Translations under genes and position numbers: made by a program
Shown: positions 26,601 through 36,900 of the stretch, one piece after another
How positions within the stretch are numbered: the first letter of the stretch is position 1
How the letters are laid out: each line of letters begins with the position of its first letter
The notes under the pieces: model-generated
Databases searched by the model: none
What the model saw: the letters and a program-made list of their open reading frames with translations, nothing else
Told to the model about the DNA's origin: nothing
IMG/VR virus record: IMGVR_UViG_3300017788_000033
Location: 1-53,242 of that record
DNA length: 53,242 nt
Strand: one strand, 5' to 3'
Source: a virus
Lineage: Duplodnaviria > Caudoviricetes

Positions 26601-29600
26601 AGTTGCCTTTGATCAATGTCTATAGAGCTAGTGATATTATTGACCTTAGACCTAGAGTTACTCCTTATGACAGTTCACTAACACCTTATTCACCTTTTGA
26701 ATTTTCTGCAAGAAAATTTTTACCAACTACTAATTCTACACCACATAATTTTGCTAAAGATAAAAATCTATTTTTATCATATTCATATTATCTAGGAAGA
26801 ACTGATAAATTATATCTCAATAGATATGGTGAATTTTTTGTTTCAAAGGGAGTACCTTCTTTAAGTCAAATTTCCCCAGAAACAATTGAAAATTCTTTGG
26901 AAATAGCCACTATTACTATGAGACCATATGTTTATGACATTGGAGATGTAACGGTACAGTTGTCTTCACATAAACGATATAGAATGCAAGATATTGCCAG
27001 ACTTGAAGATAGAATAAGAAACATTGAATATTACACGTCATTATCTCTTTTAGAAACTGATACTAAAAATTTAACTCTGAGAGATTCTCAAACTCAATTA
27101 GATAGATTTAAATGTGGATTTCTTGTAGATAATTTTAAATCTGTCCAAACTGGTTCTTTAGGTGATCCGCAACACAAATGTAGTATTGATACTAGGGAAG
27201 GTTTATTGAGACCTCAACATTATACTACTTCCATAGATCTTTTATTGGGATCTGAGGCTGTAATAGGATCATCAAATCTTTCAAATCCAGATGCAGATTT
27301 AAGATTTGTAAAAGATTTGGGAAATCCAAACACTGTTAAAGTTGGTGATATAGTTTGTTTAAAATATACTGATGTTGAGTTTCTTAAAAATACTTTTGCT
27401 ACTAGGAGTGAAAATGTCAATCCATTCCATGTTGTTAACTGGATTGGTGCCATAGAATTAAATCCTGCAACAGATACTTGGATTGAAACGAGGGGAACTA
27501 AAAGGACAGTAGATCAAGAAGGAAATTATACAACTACTATACAGCAATTGGGAGTTGACACTAATACTGGTTTATCACCTATTGATTGGGGAGCTTGGGA
27601 AACTACATGGACTGGTACAAAAGAGGTTGCCAGACAAAATATGGGTAGTTTGTATGTTGGCACAAAAGAAGTATCTAGAAGTACTCGTAGAGGGAGATTT
27701 CAAAAAGGTAGAGGAATTCCAGAAACAACAACTATAAACTATAGAGATCAATATACTAATTTTACAAATGTAACTACACTAACCACTACAAAACAAGCAA
27801 GACAAGGTATTCAGTATAAGGTATCTGAAAGATTTGACTCAGTAAGTTTAGGAACTTTTGTTGTTTCTACTGAAGTAATTCATGTCATGAGGTCTAGAAA
27901 TATTGAATTTATAGCAAGAAGATTAAAACCAAAAACACAGTTATATCCATTCTTTGACAACGTTGATATGAGTAAATACGTTGTTCCAAAACTTATTGAA
28001 ATTCAAATGGAAAGTGGCACTTTTTCTGTTGGAGAAACTGTTACTGGCACAGTAGGAACAACTTCTATAAAATTCAGATTAGCTACTTCGAATCATAAGT
28101 ATGGCCCATATAACCAACCAGATCAAGTTTTTGTAGAAAATCCGTATTCACCAACTCAAAATATACCTTCTTCATATTCAACAACTTCAACTATATTAAA
28201 TGTTGATACTGCTTCTCTAGAATTGCAATCTGCTTCTGGATTTTTTGGAAATATTGTTACTAATATGCAGTTGAAGGGTGAAGTTTCTAAAGCAGTAGCG
28301 AAAATAACTAATGTTAGATTAATTACAGATTCTGCTGGAACTTTAATTGGATCGCTTTATATACCAGATTCAAGACTACAATCTACACCATCTTTTGAAA
28401 CTGGAACAAAAACATTTGTACTTACAACTAGTTCAATTAACACTACAATTGTTGGAGCTACAGATAGTACAGCAGATGCAAAGTTTACATCCTCAGGAAC
28501 TATAAACAATACAGAAGAAGTTACTTTAAGAACCAGAAATGCAAATGTTGAAAGAATTAATAGAACTGAAGAAAGAACTTTAACAAGTGAACAAACGACA
28601 CTTCAAGCTGGCACTTCGTTCGTAAATCGTACCGTAACACAAACAAGATGGGTTGATCCTCTTGCACAATCTTTTGAAGTTCCTGATGAAAATGGAGTAT
28701 TCATTACTAAGTGTGACGTTTTCTTCAGAACAAAGGATACTAATAGTTTACCAGTTACTATGCAAATTAGAACAATGCAAACTGGTTTACCTACAACAAC
28801 TATTATTCCATTTGGTGAAGTTGTTTTAGATCCAAGTCAGGTAAATACATCCGATGACGGAAAAACACCAACAACATTTACCTTCCCTTCACCAGTTTAT
28901 CTTGAGAGTGGAAATTCTTACTGTGTTGTATTGCTTTCTGCTTCAAATGAATATACCGTATGGATTTCTAGAATGGGTGAAGAAGATATAACTACTTTAA
29001 ATTTACAAGAATCTCAAAAAATTGTTGTATCACAACAACCTTTATTGGGTTCATTATTTAAGTCTCAAAATGGTGCAACTTGGGATCCTAGCCAATTGGA
29101 AGATCTAAAACTTACACTTTATAGAGCAAAATTTGTTACTGGTTCATCAACAGTCAGATTTTATAATCCAAAATTAGATATTGGTAACAATCAAGTTGTA
29201 ACTTTAAGACCCAATCCATTGGATTGTATTTCAAAATCAACTTTAATTGGAATGGGTAAAAGTTTAACTTCAACTGAAGTTAGTGGATTAACCCCAGGAA
29301 CTCCAATTTTACAAAGTAACAATACAACATTTATATCAAATTTAAAAAGTGTTGTAGGATCAGTAGGGATTGGTAGCACTCTATTAATAACTTCGGCCGG
29401 AATTGGGTTTACTTCAACATTTAAAACTTATTCTAATGTCAGTTTAGTCCCCATAACTGGTAATGGATTTGGCGCAAAAGTCAATTTAAGTGTTCAAAAT
29501 GGTGTTGCTATTGCCGCTACAGTTTCTATCGGTGGAACTGGATATGCTTATGGTGATTCATTGGAAGTTGTTTATTCTCAAACAGATGGACTAGGAACTA

Positions 29601-31156
29601 ATTTAATTCTCACAATTCCAAACAATGTAGGAATAATTTCTTCTTTCAATTCCTTACTTGTAGATAGAGTACAAGGAACTCTCAATCAAAATTCTGTAGA
29701 TAGTTTGTATTACGTAGGTACTAGTGGAACTTCACTTCTTTCTGGTGCATCAGTAACTACAATAAACGATTTAACTGATGGATTGCATTTTAAAGTAAGT
29801 CACAATAATCATGGAATGTATTCTTCGGTTGATAAAGTAACAATTTCTGGCATAGAACCAGATCAAAAACCTCAAACATTAAAAGCCGCATACAATTCAA
29901 CATCTACAAGTAATATTGTAGTAAGTTCTGTTGGAATTTTTACTAGTTTTGAGAATATTCCAGTTTCTCCATTAAATCCGGGATATATTTTAATTGATAA
30001 TGAAGTAATCAGTTATACTGGAATTATTACGTCTACTAATAGTTTAACTGGAATAACTAGAAATATTGATAATACTATTTCTGGAAGTTATTCTATTGAG
30101 TTTCCAATTTTCAAATATGAATTAAACGGAGTATCTTTAAGAAGAATTAATAAAACTCATAATTTATCAGATACAGATTTAATAACATATCCGACAGATT
30201 TGGATTATTATTATGTTAAAGTTGGAATGAGTAGTAGGGGTATTGATAGAACTCCAGGAAATGCTCTAGGATATCCTGCTTTATATTTTAATGATGATAA
30301 ATCCTGTGGATCATATGACACTGTTCCATTAATGGGATCTCCAAAAGGACCTAAAGCTACTCAAAATATACCATTTAACGTAATTAGGCCCAATTTTCAA
30401 ACATTATTACCACAAAAGACTTCCATATCAGCAAAAGCAAGGACTTTTAGCGGATCTTCTCCAGATAGCGATTTAACACCATTCTTAGATCAGGGATTTG
30501 TTGATGTTTCTTTAAATTCAAATAATGAATTCAATTCTCCCAGAATAATCGGTTCTCAAGTAAATGAAGATGCGTATTTGGCTAATTTTCCTGGTAAAAA
30601 ATCTTTTACAATGGAATTAACTTTAACAACCGATGATGAAAAAGTTTCTCCAATGATTGATTTGGATAGAGTAAATTTAATTACTGTTGCAAATAGAATT
30701 AATTCAAAAGTTACAAATTATGCTACTGATGAAAGAATAAATTCTTTAACTGATGATCCAACAGCAGCAACTTACTTGAGTAATATTGTAATTCTGGATA
30801 AGGTTGCAGATAATTTGAAAGTATTTTTCGATGCATATAGACATTCTACCAATGACATTAGAGTTTGTTATAGAATTTTTAGAAGTGATTCTCCAGTAGA
30901 TTCTCAACTTTGGCAATTATTCCCTGGTTATGATAATTTGGATATAAACTCTCAAGTAATTAATCAAAATAATAATAATGGAAGACCTGATAGAAGAGTA
31001 TTGAGTTCAAACACTGAGGATAATTTTAATTCTTATGAATTTACTGCATCAAATTTACCACAATTCAATGGATTCCAAATAAAAATTTTAATGTCTGGTA
31101 CTAATTCAGCATTTGTACCAAAAATTAGAGATTTTAGAGTTATTGCAACTATTTAA
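23642..31156 (+). CDS. vrlC: VrlC/DUF4815-like large virion structural protein (2504 aa)
   Basis: NLNTSPYFDDFD..KNY.RVLFKPG.PIQARELTTLQSILQNQVE, APGADRL, RYRMQDI.RLE.RI..IEYY.SLSLLE, DPLAQSF, P.IRDFRVIA. Confidence 0.85.
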   Translation: MAQNTNLNTSPYFDDFDPRKNYQRVLFKPGTPIQARELTTLQSILQNQVEKFGKHFFKEGSVVIPGNIAYDSEYTCVQIDPTHLSIPVSTYISNLVGKQIKGETSGVTAKVVNYIISEESENNNFTLYIKYQSSSENDFSGNTFVDGENLIALETIDYGLGVIRLESSFATSIISNSVATGSAIKIEEGVYFIRGFFVDVFPQTVILDQYSNLPSYRIGLSIFEDIAVPSQSNQDLFDNARGFSNFAAPGADRLRIVATLIKKSIDDFNDENFVELLRIENGIIKKVTKKEDTPSLITDELARRTSDESGDYYVKPFRVIAKESLNNKIGNNGVYNPRQLTKQGNIPSDDLLTLQISPGKAYVKGYEVETLITVNADLEKPRTTETVKDITVPFSLGNQVEVNNVYGSVPVGFGSSSQVTLYSQRTVTPGLPSGIPIGVGRVYDLKLKNSQYENATTVFEGSVFDLQTYTYLTLNTTITLSTPAFVQGKNTSASGYLVSNVTNSNQVILYQVSGNFSVGEQLKIDGQDVSRTIVNVRDYNLGDIRQVVGYVGSTTSFTADTIISTGIPLAPQGTSFTISAGSGGISTVTTSTSTFGVGINTGDIFVYTKSGETVPTYNRVTSISASAKSITVQSTPSVVGVNSGGLPTSSITVSDLVKGISTLVNTRESFFFAELENSNIENVDISEGEIVYRKSYPVTISSNGLTSTLETDTNITLEQFDEEDYSLVFDDGTIETLTSGQFTITSGRTLTLVNLSQNGPATLTVTLRKRRLKSRKKIYNKCAVLDVRSSSTPLSGIGSTTIEDGLTYSPYYGTRVQDERISLNVPDVIFVSGVFESSDSNDAELPKLEIVNLNANILNAIKGEIIYGETSNTMALFVSTNGTNQVEFVYINENTFVQGEKILFYESNVTAEISLLIEGDRNIVSDFIFESGQTLEIADFSSLRRKSGVTAPTKRLKIVYNHYYIDPNDDGDFVTVSSYDRERYSNELPLINVYRASDIIDLRPRVTPYDSSLTPYSPFEFSARKFLPTTNSTPHNFAKDKNLFLSYSYYLGRTDKLYLNRYGEFFVSKGVPSLSQISPETIENSLEIATITMRPYVYDIGDVTVQLSSHKRYRMQDIARLEDRIRNIEYYTSLSLLETDTKNLTLRDSQTQLDRFKCGFLVDNFKSVQTGSLGDPQHKCSIDTREGLLRPQHYTTSIDLLLGSEAVIGSSNLSNPDADLRFVKDLGNPNTVKVGDIVCLKYTDVEFLKNTFATRSENVNPFHVVNWIGAIELNPATDTWIETRGTKRTVDQEGNYTTTIQQLGVDTNTGLSPIDWGAWETTWTGTKEVARQNMGSLYVGTKEVSRSTRRGRFQKGRGIPETTTINYRDQYTNFTNVTTLTTTKQARQGIQYKVSERFDSVSLGTFVVSTEVIHVMRSRNIEFIARRLKPKTQLYPFFDNVDMSKYVVPKLIEIQMESGTFSVGETVTGTVGTTSIKFRLATSNHKYGPYNQPDQVFVENPYSPTQNIPSSYSTTSTILNVDTASLELQSASGFFGNIVTNMQLKGEVSKAVAKITNVRLITDSAGTLIGSLYIPDSRLQSTPSFETGTKTFVLTTSSINTTIVGATDSTADAKFTSSGTINNTEEVTLRTRNANVERINRTEERTLTSEQTTLQAGTSFVNRTVTQTRWVDPLAQSFEVPDENGVFITKCDVFFRTKDTNSLPVTMQIRTMQTGLPTTTIIPFGEVVLDPSQVNTSDDGKTPTTFTFPSPVYLESGNSYCVVLLSASNEYTVWISRMGEEDITTLNLQESQKIVVSQQPLLGSLFKSQNGATWDPSQLEDLKLTLYRAKFVTGSSTVRFYNPKLDIGNNQVVTLRPNPLDCISKSTLIGMGKSLTSTEVSGLTPGTPILQSNNTTFISNLKSVVGSVGIGSTLLITSAGIGFTSTFKTYSNVSLVPITGNGFGAKVNLSVQNGVAIAATVSIGGTGYAYGDSLEVVYSQTDGLGTNLILTIPNNVGIISSFNSLLVDRVQGTLNQNSVDSLYYVGTSGTSLLSGASVTTINDLTDGLHFKVSHNNHGMYSSVDKVTISGIEPDQKPQTLKAAYNSTSTSNIVVSSVGIFTSFENIPVSPLNPGYILIDNEVISYTGIITSTNSLTGITRNIDNTISGSYSIEFPIFKYELNGVSLRRINKTHNLSDTDLITYPTDLDYYYVKVGMSSRGIDRTPGNALGYPALYFNDDKSCGSYDTVPLMGSPKGPKATQNIPFNVIRPNFQTLLPQKTSISAKARTFSGSSPDSDLTPFLDQGFVDVSLNSNNEFNSPRIIGSQVNEDAYLANFPGKKSFTMELTLTTDDEKVSPMIDLDRVNLITVANRINSKVTNYATDERINSLTDDPTAATYLSNIVILDKVADNLKVFFDAYRHSTNDIRVCYRIFRSDSPVDSQLWQLFPGYDNLDINSQVINQNNNNGRPDRRVLSSNTEDNFNSYEFTASNLPQFNGFQIKILMSGTNSAFVPKIRDFRVIATI

Positions 31157-31161
31157 AAACT

Positions 31162-31407
31162 ATGAGTTTAATACCGGTGGAAGGAAACAAAGGATTATTT
31201 CGTGACAAAGATTCTAGTGCTATTTTAAATTGTTCTGAATCTGATTATGAAAGATATTTGCAATTGAAAAATGTTAAGATAAAAGAAGCTGTTAAATTAA
31301 ATGAAATTACAGAAAAAATTGATGAAATTGATAAATTAAAGTCTGATGTAAATGAAATAAAAGAGATGATGAAATTTATTATTAAAAAATTGGACTCGGA
31401 CTCATAA
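31162..31407 (+). CDS. Small conserved protein with coiled-coil C-terminus, following the VrlC-like gene
   Basis: VEG..GLFRD..S.AILN...YE.Y; C-terminal LKSDVNEIKEMM heptads. Confidence 0.85.
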   Translation: MSLIPVEGNKGLFRDKDSSAILNCSESDYERYLQLKNVKIKEAVKLNEITEKIDEIDKLKSDVNEIKEMMKFIIKKLDSDS

Positions 31408-31410
31408 ATA
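31404..31410 (+). promoter_or_regulatory. Late promoter core ATAAATA
   Basis: Overlaps the upstream stop; ends 21 nt before ATG 31432. Confidence 0.55.
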
Positions 31411-31431
31411 CTTAAAAAACGGATTCCAATA

Positions 31432-31764
31432 ATGGCGGCAAGGAATGTAAACTTAGTTCTTGAACAAGGGGTTGACTTTCAAGCCACCTTTACAATCAGG
31501 AATACTAATAACGCACCATTAAATTTAACAGGATATACTGGAATTTCTTCAATTAGAAAACATCCAACATCTTCTACTGCATATCCTCTAACTCTTTCTT
31601 TTGTAGATAGATTGAATGGAAAAATCGCGGTTTCTATGGGTTACACTGCAACTGATTCAATTGAGGGTGGTCGTTATGTTTATGATGTTATTCTTATTTC
31701 TCCTAATTCTTATAGAACCAGAGCTGTTCAAGGAAACGTTCTGGTAACTCCAGGAGTATCATAA
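31432..31764 (+). CDS. Small Ig-like (BppU-N-like) virion structural protein
   Basis: NLVLEQGVDF..TF......LNLTGYT....IRKH...GRYVYDV....R.VQG.V.VTPGV. Confidence 0.8.
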   Translation: MAARNVNLVLEQGVDFQATFTIRNTNNAPLNLTGYTGISSIRKHPTSSTAYPLTLSFVDRLNGKIAVSMGYTATDSIEGGRYVYDVILISPNSYRTRAVQGNVLVTPGVS

Positions 31765-32441
31765 TGACAGATTACTTAGTAACTTTAAACGAGCCAGGGC
31801 CCTATAGAATTGGTGTTGACTATGAAATTCCTACAAAATCAATTCAATATGGAAACATAATTCTTGACAATATAAATTCTCAATTTACCGGAACAGCACA
31901 TACTTTTGGTTTAGCTACAACCGGTTCTTCATATGTTCCAATTAATGATCAACAATTAATTGTAGTAAAGAATAATCTTGTAATGGAACCCATTGAAGAT
32001 TATACAACATCTACCAATAATATAATATTTACAGTAGCTCCAAATCCAGGAGATGACGTTTTTATTATTGCTCTTGCTACTACTGCCGATTTAACCAGAA
32101 CAATTAACTATGTTGTTGATAGTGGTTCTATTGCAATGTTGGTTGGTAATAAAGGTTCCGTAACTCTTGATGTAAGTGGAATTATAGAATCACTAACTAT
32201 TCTTTCTGATCAACAAGGAGATTTGACATTAGATATTAAAAAATCAAATTACTCCAACTTTCCAACATTTGCATCTATAGTTGGGGGAGTATATCCACAA
32301 ATGACCAATTCCAGAAAAGTAAAAGATGATGTACTAAATAATTGGGACACATCAATAGTTTCTGGAGATATCCTGACGTTTGATGTTATATCGGTGAACA
32401 ATATTAATAGGTTTCTAATCTCTTTAAAATTAAAATTATAA
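31764..32441 (+). CDS. Putative virion structural protein (225 aa)
   Basis: LDNINSQFTG..HTF.L...QQLIV..NN..MEP..DY...I.F..AP module, which also recurs in gp7; C-terminal GDIL.FDV. Confidence 0.75.
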   Translation: MTDYLVTLNEPGPYRIGVDYEIPTKSIQYGNIILDNINSQFTGTAHTFGLATTGSSYVPINDQQLIVVKNNLVMEPIEDYTTSTNNIIFTVAPNPGDDVFIIALATTADLTRTINYVVDSGSIAMLVGNKGSVTLDVSGIIESLTILSDQQGDLTLDIKKSNYSNFPTFASIVGGVYPQMTNSRKVKDDVLNNWDTSIVSGDILTFDVISVNNINRFLISLKLKL

Positions 32442-32444
32442 ATA
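32437..32444 (+). promoter_or_regulatory. Late promoter TATAAATA
   Basis: Exact T4 late consensus upstream of ATG 32488. Confidence 0.65.
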
Positions 32445-32487
32445 AAGATAGTTATCAAACGTCACTAAGTTGTACGGAGTTGTTTAA

Positions 32488-33495
32488 ATGGCACTTTTAG
32501 TTCCCAATATTGGAGAAATTGAATCACTAAGGTATTTGATTGCCCAAAATAATCATACCGCTTCTTTGTCTGATCAATCTCCTAGAAACCTTGTTCTCAA
32601 ACTCTTCACTAGTAATACGACTCCAGCAGAATCGGATGTTCCTTCCGCTACTGCTTATTATGAGCCATATGGAGTTGGTAATACTAATGCATATGGATAT
32701 GCACCAAGCACTGGTTATCCATATTGTGTAAATAATAGATCTGATCAAGTTTATACCTCACAAACGGGCATTCTTCTTAATGGTTCACGTTGGAGAATTA
32801 ACAACGTAGGTTCTGGTACAACTGCAACTTATCCAGAACAAACCTTTACATTCACCGGAGATGCTGGTGATGTATATGGTTATTATGTAACCAGAGCAAA
32901 CAACATGCCTGTTGCTGTTCAGGGTGAAGTGCATGGTGCCAATGTCGGTGTGGGTACTACAGTGTCTAAGGGAGATAATACTGATCCAGTTATTGGAGTT
33001 ATTGGAAATCAATATATTACAATTGACCCAGACCAAAGCGTTGATGATTTAACTCTTGGAATGATTGTTGGTGGTAATGCTGGAATTCAAACCGGAACAC
33101 AAGTTATCGGTATTGATAGAGCTCTCAAAGTTGTCTATCTAGATAAGGCTCTTATTGATAACATCCAGGTTGCTACCGACCCAAGTGTAACCTTTAGTTA
33201 TGGAAAAATTGTTGTCACTGGCCACCAACTCGTAGCAGGAGATGTTCTTTATATTGCTGCTGGTACAGGCAATACAACTTTAAGTTCTGGAACATACACA
33301 GTATTCAGCGTCCCAAATGCTAATGAGTTCTATACTACACCATCTCTAACTGCAACTTCAAATGGAGTCGCTGGATTAAATACTGCAACTCTTTACAGCT
33401 CAATCATGTATGCTGAAAGATTCACAAATGGTCCTTACAGCATTCAGAACAATGGAGACCAAATTAAGATTACTCTTAACGTTGCTCTTGACTGA
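32488..33495 (+). CDS. Putative virion structural protein (335 aa)
   Basis: MALLVPNIGE...LKLF.SN.TP.E.D...YGYYV...YAERF...GDQIKIT core; own late promoter, SD and terminator. Confidence 0.8.
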   Translation: MALLVPNIGEIESLRYLIAQNNHTASLSDQSPRNLVLKLFTSNTTPAESDVPSATAYYEPYGVGNTNAYGYAPSTGYPYCVNNRSDQVYTSQTGILLNGSRWRINNVGSGTTATYPEQTFTFTGDAGDVYGYYVTRANNMPVAVQGEVHGANVGVGTTVSKGDNTDPVIGVIGNQYITIDPDQSVDDLTLGMIVGGNAGIQTGTQVIGIDRALKVVYLDKALIDNIQVATDPSVTFSYGKIVVTGHQLVAGDVLYIAAGTGNTTLSSGTYTVFSVPNANEFYTTPSLTATSNGVAGLNTATLYSSIMYAERFTNGPYSIQNNGDQIKITLNVALD

Positions 33496-33524
33496 TATCT
33501 AAATAAATATATCATTGAATTTTT

Positions 33525-33555
33525 GGGGATTGTGTATAAACAGTCCCCCTTTTTT
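33525..33555 (+). terminator. Intrinsic terminator
   Basis: GGGGATTGT 33525-33533 pairs with ACAGTCCCC 33540-33548, followed by CTTTTTT. Confidence 0.8.
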
Positions 33556-33582
33556 ATTAGTAAATCACATTGTCGTGAACAG

Positions 33583-33954
33583 ATGAATATTTACAAGTAT
33601 AATTCATCTACTATTAATGAGTATTCCCAAGAAGATTTTGGATTCATATGTGAATCTTCTAGGGAAGTGGATGACTGTGGAAATTTATCGGATACTAATA
33701 CATCTATTGAAAATTTTTATTATATAGATTGTTCAAAAACTTTATATCCATTTGGTGGAATAAAATTAAAGTCTAAAAAAGTCAAATATTCAATTGATTT
33801 AATTATTGGTAAAAAATATTTAGATATCAATAAGAAGTCAATAGTTCTTCAAGGAATTATAATCCGTTGGATTGGATTTAGTGTTATTTTTCAATTGTCA
33901 AATGATTCACAAAGAAAAGTAATACCTGATGTATCTGGTGGAGGTGCATTGTGA
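33583..33954 (+). CDS. Hypothetical protein with one degenerate copy of the DYG repeat of the downstream gene
   Basis: ATG 33583 preferred because TTG 33523 runs into the terminator; YKYN...EDFGFI...DDCG...YPFG.I.L. Confidence 0.65.
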   Translation: MNIYKYNSSTINEYSQEDFGFICESSREVDDCGNLSDTNTSIENFYYIDCSKTLYPFGGIKLKSKKVKYSIDLIIGKKYLDINKKSIVLQGIIIRWIGFSVIFQLSNDSQRKVIPDVSGGGAL

Positions 33955-36900
33955 CATCTCCAAACGTTTTTGCATATAATTCAGATTGTAAACAACCAGA
34001 TCCAGAAATTTGGGGTGGAGGTGCAGCAGGAGGCCCACTCTTAATATCATCTGGATTAGATTTTTCACAAAAGTTATCTAAAAAATATGTAGGGGATTTA
34101 CCTACATTTAATTTTTCTATTGAAACTGCATTAGAAAAAACATCTAAAAAATATATTGGTAATTATCCGACATATACACTATCCACATCATTTGCCGCTG
34201 AATTTTTAGTATATAATGTTCCGGAAAATACAATAGTATTTTCTATTCAAGGAGAATCTGTAGATTATTTTATTAGTTCTGAAGATTTAGGTACTCCAAA
34301 TTTAGAGTATTCTGGGTTTATCACTGAAAAAGTAACGTATGATTATTCTAATCCATCTTCAAATGTAGAATTTTTATCCGAAGATGATGGATTAATAACT
34401 TCAACAATTACCTCGTTAGTTGATTATGGATTAATTACCAGTCCATTGGAAGAACATCTTGATTATGGGTCTACAGAAATACTGGGAAATACTGAAGCTG
34501 CAACAGGATTAATACAAGTATCAGGATCATCAAATTATTCAGCATTTATTAAAGAAATAAACACTATATTGTTACAGACTTCTGGAACTTGTAAGGAAGA
34601 AGTATGTTTCAATCCACCCATAGATGAAAATATTTTTAAAAATGATATAAGTTCTTCGATATTAACTTTTGATAATAATCAATTAACCTTTGATATCAGT
34701 GAGCCAAAACCAAATATTAAACTTACAGGATCATCAGTAAATATTTTCATTTCAAATACTCCAGAAGGAATATTTAATATTGAAACCGATGGTATTTGCA
34801 TTGAGAATGTAACTTACAATTATAGTTTACCAACAAATTTACCATTCATATCGGAAACTTCCGGATTGATAGTAGAAGGAGTAACGTCTCAATTTGACTA
34901 TGGATTAATAACTTCAGAAGTAAGTCAGGGTAATGAAGATCTTGGATTGATTATTAATTCTGCACCGGTCACTCCATTTGGATCTATTGCTAATATAACT
35001 GGATCCGCTTTTGTAAAACCACCAGATGATATTAGAACATATAATGCATCTGGTGAATATAAAGTAACTTATAGTCCAGATAATACTACAGGATCTCTCT
35101 TCAATTTTGGTGAAAAAGTTGAATCAGTTACTTATGACTATAATTTAAGTTCCGCAGATATTCTTACTACGTTTGATGAGGGTTCAATTTCCACATCTCC
35201 AACTGAATTTGTAGATTATGGATTTGTTTATGAAACATCATTATCTGGAATTGAAGATTATAATACTATTCAAATTACTTCTTCAAACTTGCCATTTGGA
35301 TCAGTATCTATAAATGGATCTGCAACTACTGAATGGATTAATAAAAATTTCTCTGCTAGGGGTGAATATAAAGTAACTTACAGTCCAGATGATACTACAG
35401 GATCTCTCTTCAATTTTGGTGAAAAAGTTGAATCAGTTACTTATGACTATAATGAATCTTCAAGTTTAATACTTGAAACTCTTGATATAGGATTGATTAC
35501 TGATTTAATAACGGTTTCAGTTGATTATGGATTTATTACTGATATACCAGTTGGACAAGAAGATGATGGATTAATTACTAGTAGTTCAACTATTATTCCA
35601 TTTGGCGGATTTACGATTAATGGATCTGCAACTACTGAGTGGATTAATAAGAACTTCTCTGGAAATGGCCAATACAAAATTGTTTATAATACATCAACAT
35701 TCGGATCTCTGTTTGGATTTGGAGAAAAATTAGAATCTGTTTCTTATGACTATAATGAAACATCAGTATTAATAGTTGGAGATCCAGATTATGGACAAAT
35801 TTCTATTGGATCAACGACACTTGATGATTATGGATTTGTTGCAGAACCACATGTACAAACCGATGACTTAGGATTTGTTATTGGATTCCCTGCCATAAGT
35901 GATGTATTCCCATATGGAACTATAACAATTTTCGGATCAGCAATAGAATTTGGTTTATTCGAAATTCCTGAGGAAACCGTAGTAATTTCTATTGGTGGAA
36001 TTGGAGAGGAAAGTATAACATATGTTCCATCAATTAATCGGAAACGTTATGACAAATCATTTGATTCTGAAACTTTAAGTCTAGATTCTACAGTAGAAAC
36101 ATTTGACGATACTACCGAACAACCAAATATTAAACTAACAGGAAGTTATGATGCTCCTGCGGTTTATTCTGAAGTTGGATCCGGATCTCTATTTAATCTT
36201 GGAATTGCGGATGAGTCTGCAACATATGATTATAATAATGAATCTGTAGTTATACTTACAACTACAGATAGTGGTTTAATCACTGATCCAGTAACAAACA
36301 CTATTGATTATGGATTTATTACTGACCCTGTTATTGGCCAAGATGATGATGGTCTAATTTCCGATATTCAAACAGTTGTTCCATTCGGCAGATTAACAGT
36401 TAATGGGTCTGCAGATACATTGTGGGTTAATGTTAATATTTACAATAGTCCTGAATCGGCAGTAAGGGTAACCTATAGTCCAGATGATTTAAGTGGAACA
36501 CTATTTGGATTTGGAGAAAAACTAGAATCTATAACACACAGATATACTGAACAATCGGTATTCATAGTTGGTGATCCGGACTATGGTGTAATTGCTGTAG
36601 GATATACCAGAACTGATGATTATGGATTAATAACTGAAGCACATAGTCAAAGGGATGACCTTGGATGGTTAGTTGGATTCCCAGCAATTGATGATGTATA
36701 TCCATTTGGATCTATAACAATTCTTGGATCAGCATTTGAATCCAATATTTCAAGTGAAGTTCTTACTGGATTATTTGTAATTTCCGGTTCTGCTGATCTT
36801 TATTATACTCCAGAATTTGCCGGAACTGGTTCTATTAATATTTCTGGATCTGCAGATGTTGCCTTTAGCCCAGATTTTGTTGCTTCTGAGACATTAACTT

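Noticed and set aside
998-33582. ORF-track starts at 998, 3990, 4718 and 33523
   Set aside because: Each overlaps a promoter box, upstream gene, leader structure or terminator. Downstream ATGs at 1031, 4050, 4781 and 33583 fit better.
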